From Macrostomum hystrix (lineage: Eukaryota; Animalia; Platyhelminthes): a stretch of 64,000 nt of DNA. Made by a program: the position numbers and the translations under genes. Positions within the stretch are counted from its first letter, which is position 1. Every line of letters starts with the position of its first letter. The DNA is taken from contig CATNEN010000025.1 in assembly GCA_950097015.1 (NCBI GenBank), positions 248,001-312,000 of the forward strand, given 5' to 3'. Positions 58,856-64,000 of this stretch are shown here, in pieces. Below the pieces are notes generated by a model, which made no database searches, had not been told where the DNA came from, and worked only from the letters and a program-made list of their open reading frames with translations.

Positions 58856-61800
58856 GCCTGGCTTCAGTTCTCATTCACTAGAAAAGAAGCGCCGAATCGC
58901 TATAAAATGATGACCTTATAATCTTGCACTTGCACTTTAAAGCCGTCGCAGAGATCCATGCTCAACAATCTGATACAGAAACAAAGGGTTGTTTTCAACA
59001 AGGAAAACAATGTGGGGGCTTCGCCCCCACACCCCCAGCAACTCATAGTCACTGCATGTGTGCATGCAGGCGCACTCTCCGCAGCGCGATTGGTTATCTT
59101 CCACCATTTTCTGCTTTCCCGCTTGCCACAGCCACAACCATATCACCATAGAATCATAAAATCTCTTACCTGGCTCGGCCTGCGCTCCACTGCAGGTGGG
59201 GCACAACTCTCTTACCAGGGCCTGATTGGCTCAGCCATCCCAGCAGCATAGACCCAACCCCTACTATCAATTTGCATTGTCGCTTATCTCCTCAGTACAA
59301 GTGCGGCAGAGTTGCATAAAGTCATACTACAGCTCTATCTCTTCAGACTCAAGATTCAGAACTATACTCACAAAATATCAATGTTTTCCGGATATACACA
59401 TTTTATATATTATATATTATATATATTATATTATATTTTAAATCAATATATGAGCTAGATAGTATATGCAGACATATAGATACATACCGTTTACCTTGAC
59501 TGCTCACCAATTCCAAACTACATTGCATGCCATGGAATTTCCACGGAATTTCCTGCTAACCCCTACTACTGTGATCGACTCAGCTGCGTACTCTAGTCCT
59601 CAGCTGCTGCTTCAAGCGTGCTTCGCAAATGACAGCGCGATTCACCAGTTTCTCAGTTCTGTCCGCGATTCTATCTCGCAGTGGAAGCCTTCACATTTTA
59701 GTTATAGAATGTTATTAGGAAGTTAGGAAGTTATAGACTTCCTAGAATTGCTAGAAAATTGCTATAATTTAACACCATGTTATTGCAAAACAAGGCTTGA
59801 TCAAAGCATTAATTTTTTCATTCTTTTAATTTTGTATTTTATAATATGTAATTTTGAGAATATCGTTTTGCAATGATATTCTCGATACTGAATTACGAAA
59901 AGGCATATTGAGAAAATATTGCGTGTACAATCGAGCATTGGTTATGCTAAGGCTCTTTCGTATTATTTCAAGCGGAAGCGAAAGATTAGATAAGATTACA
60001 CTCACGTTTCACTAGCGACTCGCTATAAACCCACTTTTTTTAACTCGTTCGCCACAAATGAAAAACTACTTTTCTTCTATATCTTGATGTATCTCTTATT
60101 CGCCACTAATTGTTTCAAGCAGCGATGTTACTTATAGCTTGGTCTGGTCGTTTAAAATAAACTTCGGCTTATAACGGGTTTATGAGCGGTTTATAAGCCC
60201 CTACGATAATTTATACGAAAGCTTTCGCCGTTTTAAAATTCGAATAGCCTCTATTGGACTTAATATTAATATTAATATATGACTTAATATTTGACGTAAC
60301 TACGGCCGGAAAAAGGAAATTAAAAAATTCTATGTAACTAACTTCATGATGTAAAGAAAAATTAAAGATTTATAGGCCTACGGCATCATGACCATTCTAA
60401 TCTTACTTTACTAGTAGTCTAGTTTTTTTGTAGCTACAGACCAATACTTGGTCGTATTAGTCTGTGTCTATCTATTAAAACTTAGTATTTTGAAATAGCC
60501 TAGGGTACTATGTATATTGCTTGCTTTTGAATAAAAAGTAAACCAGGAATACATGGGAATTGGGGATCTCCATTATAGCTGAGCTGTATTGCTAAGCTAA
60601 TAATAGCTAGCTGCTAGGGTTTATTTTTAGCTGGCCCCTAACTAGGCATATTCTTATGCAAGCATGTCTAGTTTACTTAATAAATTCCAATGAGAAAAGC
60701 CAAAATGACAATATTGGCTATTTATCTAGTTTGTAGGCCTGAATACAAAGCATAGGGTAATGTATCATCTACCGAACAGTGTATCTTCAAAACCGAACAA
60801 GAATTTTGACTCCTTCCTTGGTCTCGTGCAAGACAGAAACAAGCTATTGACCTATTGTGTTTCACAGAACAACTAATTTGAAAGTTGAAGAAATTATCTA
60901 CAAGCTGAGGCATAATGTGCAATGAAGCATTAAGAGGAAAGAAAGATATAGATATTTCAGTAGAATTTTTTATTGCAGAAGCATACTTTTTAACAACATT
61001 TTTTCAGTATGTACTTTAGACGAAGATTGTATGTGGTTGCTTGCTAATTAAATGACCATAAATGTAGTTATTTATAGAACATGAAAAATGCTTTCAAATG
61101 ACATAAATTATGATAGTTCACTCCTTAAAATAAGATTAAAACACTCACTCAAATTATAAAACCAAACATCAAATTCTCTGTTTGGTTTGAAGATACATGA
61201 AAATCATTGTTCGGTTTTAGATAAAAAGCAGGAATAACTTTTTTCTATTTGACAAAATAGCAAAAGCAGATACTTTTTAGAAAGATGTAACTGTTTTCTA
61301 TAACTTGGCTTTTGATTTATCATCATATCTTAAATAGAAAATCTGTAGCTTAAGTTTGAAGTTAAAAAAATACACATTCTTGTTTGGTTGATGATACATT
61401 ACCCTATAGTACTTATCATATTGATTCTTAAGCCCTTTTCTCTGACTGTGTATATTCTCTGACTTAGGCCTAACACAAGTGCCAAAGCTGCCAACAGTGC
61501 TCTCATGCTTTTCCTCCACAACACTTAGGGTTAGGCCTAGCACCAATCTCTAGGCCTAATACCAACTCATTCTCTCATCAAAAGCACAGAAGGGTCTACA
61601 CTAACATGTACCATATCCTTAAATACTGACCCCAACATCAATGTTATGCTCATACTATTTTGATTATTGCAAAAAGAGTTGGTAGGCCTAGTACCTAATC
61701 AAGTTTCCACAAACAGTAGGCCTATCAAACTGAAATAGGCTTTAAGTAGGCTCGGCTTCATGTTTTAACAAAGATATGAAAACATGTTGCATGAAACAAG

Positions 61801-62784
61801 AAAACATGTTTTTATGAAACTTGTCTTGATTTACCTATTTTTTTAAACAAAAATTATGAATAAATGAACAAAATCATGAGCTTCATTGCAAGAATGTTGT
61901 TGTTGTCATTTGCTATCATTGTCATGTTGACTAATTCATATATATTTGTATACCCACACAATTCCTTAGGCAGTTAGGCCTAACCTTTAATAAATAGTAT
62001 TAATCTTCAATTGGTCCCCATATCTCTATTCCAATTTAAACCTATTTATTATTCACACAGAATTTACCAGATTGAAAACCCTTTAATCACCATGTCTGGC
62101 TTAGTGTGGTATTCCTATATATTGGGGTCCCTAAAAGAGCCTTTGGGCTAAGGGTATCCAAAAAAAGAGTAATCTTCAATAGGTCCTTGGGACCTTGAAT
62201 CTATTGATAATCATGTTTATTTGTCATTCTCCCACCTATAGTCACCCAACACTTTTTTTTCTAAATTCCTAATGCCCTATGTTCCCTAGTGTTTTTCTGT
62301 GGTAGGGAAGCCATTCCATAGAAAATTGTTTTCTTTATTAAACTTAGCATCCCAAAAAAACAGATTTATGCGCCTACTAAAACTTGAACTATTTATAGGA
62401 TTAAAGTTCAATAAGCCTGGCAATATGTGTATTATAAGAAAAAATTGCTAGGCCAAAATATGTTAGTGTTAGTAGGCTGCAGTTTTTTTCACATTTTAAA
62501 ATGTTTAGGAGACGATCTAGCTATTTACAAAACCAAATTCAACTTAAATATAACACAAAATTAATTCTTTTTTAACTTTTGAGATTATTATTACTATTAT
62601 ACTTTCAATAATTTATTTAAGTATAGACTGGGAAATAAATCACTTCTGTTTAAAAAATTCATGTTTATTGGTACATCTTACTTTATTAACAAATGACTTA
62701 CTAGATGGTGCTGCTTGTTTTATTTAAACATATTTGTGGACGCTCAAATGTTTTATCAATTTCTTTCAGTCTGATCTGTGAAAA

Positions 62785-64000
62785 ATGCCTGTACCAGAGG
62801 CTGAGCTCAAGCGGCTGGCGCCCACCATTGATGAAGCTCGGCGTGCAGCCTATGCTAGTCTGGTCTTCTTATTGGCTTGCCTGCTATTTGTGCCACTGTG
62901 GTGGCGCCTCACAACAGTTGAAAGGCAGCCCTTGCCAACTGATGAAATCAACAGGCTGTATTATAGACAGCCTGAGTTGCAGGTCTGTGTCCCAACTGTG
63001 TGATCTATGGCCTGACAGAGCTGAGAGAAGCTGATGTTACTGAGGGATTTTTGGGATTAAGGCAAGCTCATGTTAATGAGGGACCAGGGATAGGATTAAA
63101 TTGAGGATCTGGGGATGGGAGTAGCTCAAGGATCTGAGGATGGGAGTAGCTTAAGGATCTGAGGGTGGGAGTAGCTCAAGGATCTGAGGATGGGAGTAGC
63201 TCAAGGATCTGAGGATGGGAGTAGCTCAAGGATCTGAGGATGGGAGTAGCTCAAGGATCTAAGGATGGGAGTAGCTCAAGGATCTGGGGATGGGAGTAGC
63301 TCAAGGATCTGAGGATGGGAGTAGCTCAAGGATCTGGGGATGGGAGTAGCTTAAGGATCTGAGGATGGGAGTAGCTCAAGGATCTGAGGGTGGGAGTAGC
63401 TTAAGGATCTGGGGATGGGAGTAGCTCAAGGATCTGAGGGTGGGAGTAGCTTAAGGATCTGAGGGTGGGAGTAGCTCAAGGATCTGAGGGTGGGAGTAGC
63501 TCAAGGATCTGAGGGTGGGAGTAGCTCAAGGATCTGAGGGTGGGAGTAGCTCAAGGATCTGAGGGTGGGAGTAGCTCAATGTTTGATTGTGGGACCTTCA
63601 AAGGCATCGCTCGCACCTTTTTACAGGTGGACCTGCGCATCATTAGCTTCGACGCCTGGTTAGAGCCGTCCGACCTGGCGAATCTAGAGCGGCACCTGCT
63701 AGACCGTCTGGTGCCAGCCGGCCTGGACAAGCGGCGCCACGTCCACCTGCGCTACCGGGTGTCTGCCAGGCCCGCCACGCCGCAGGAGACGGAGCTGATG
63801 CGCTCGGCTGGCTCTCCAGCCGAACTTGAAGACGGCCTTCGCCTGACATCGTCGGGAAGCGGGATCGGTGGCGGAGTCGGAATGTCGCCGGGTTCAAGCG
63901 CTTCGACATCGGCTTCGGAGTCCACCCTGACAATACTGCTGCTGCCGAATTCGTCCAAACTGTTGGAGCCGCCGGCTTCTGTTGGCGGAGGTGGCGGCGT
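62785..64000 (+). CDS. PIGS: GPI transamidase component PIG-S, 5' part (exons 62785-62982 and 63627->64000)
   Basis: RRAAYASLVFLLACLLFVPLWWRLTTVERQPLP (PIG-S N-terminal TM, LWW.TT.YR..LP); phase-0 GT..AG intron; exon 2 open with YRVSARPAT and TILLLPNSSKLL. Confidence 0.85.
63111..63579. repeat. 25-bp G-rich minisatellite (~19 copies) in PIGS intron
   Basis: Unit GAGGATGGGAGTAGCTCAAGGATCT with variants. Confidence 0.97.

Larger units (their letters stand above)
56365..59570 (-). mobile_element. Non-autonomous Polinton/Maverick (adintovirus-like), 3206 bp
   Basis: Termini AGTAGTAGGGGTTAGCAG / CTGCTAACCCCTACTACT; perfect 6-bp TSD GTGATC (56359-56364, 59571-59576); capsid genes inside. Confidence 0.92.
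56197..59726 (+). pseudogene. RING/RBR-like pseudogene split by the Polinton (56197-56364 + 59577-59726)
   Basis: Joining at the TSD gives PMCID..CNNCL..QCPSSDCSTV-IDSAAYSSPQLLL in one frame; upstream region has several stops. Confidence 0.45.

Noticed and set aside
41348-59570. Single Polinton-like virus combining YR, SF3 helicase and capsid genes
   Set aside because: The capsid module has its own AGTAGT termini and 6-bp TSD, so it is an independent integrase-type insertion; adjacency is probably coincidental.

Overview
Eukaryotic (invertebrate-animal-like) genomic DNA with AT-rich spacers, GC-rich coding islands and very short GT-AG introns; the species cannot be determined from the sequence. 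Positions 1-40 kb are a nest of mostly decayed transposons: at least five EnSpm/CACTA-type elements or fragments, plus an RTE LINE, a Tc1/IS630-like element, an intact-looking piggyBac, Gypsy and R1/LOA fragments, a mariner, a mini-Merlin, a tyrosine-recombinase (YR) relic and an unclassified 3.1-kb insertion. Several boundaries are fixed by TIRs/TSDs and by host reading frames that are restored when the insert is removed. Positions 41-54 kb hold the most unusual structure: a GC-rich cluster with an intron-containing, zinc-finger-fused YR gene (its 3' half duplicated as a ~2-kb inverted repeat), a long gene ending in a Rep/SF3-like P-loop ATPase, and a small possible death-fold gene. These genes are separated by related palindromic sites with an 8-bp CACATRTG spacer and CGCG-starting arms (loxP/FRT-like geometry). 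At 56365-59570 a 3.2-kb capsid-only Polinton/Maverick derivative with a perfect 6-bp TSD interrupts a RING-like pseudogene. The only ordinary host gene is PIGS (GPI transamidase subunit), starting at 62785 and running off the window. All protein family calls are from motif recognition, not database searches.
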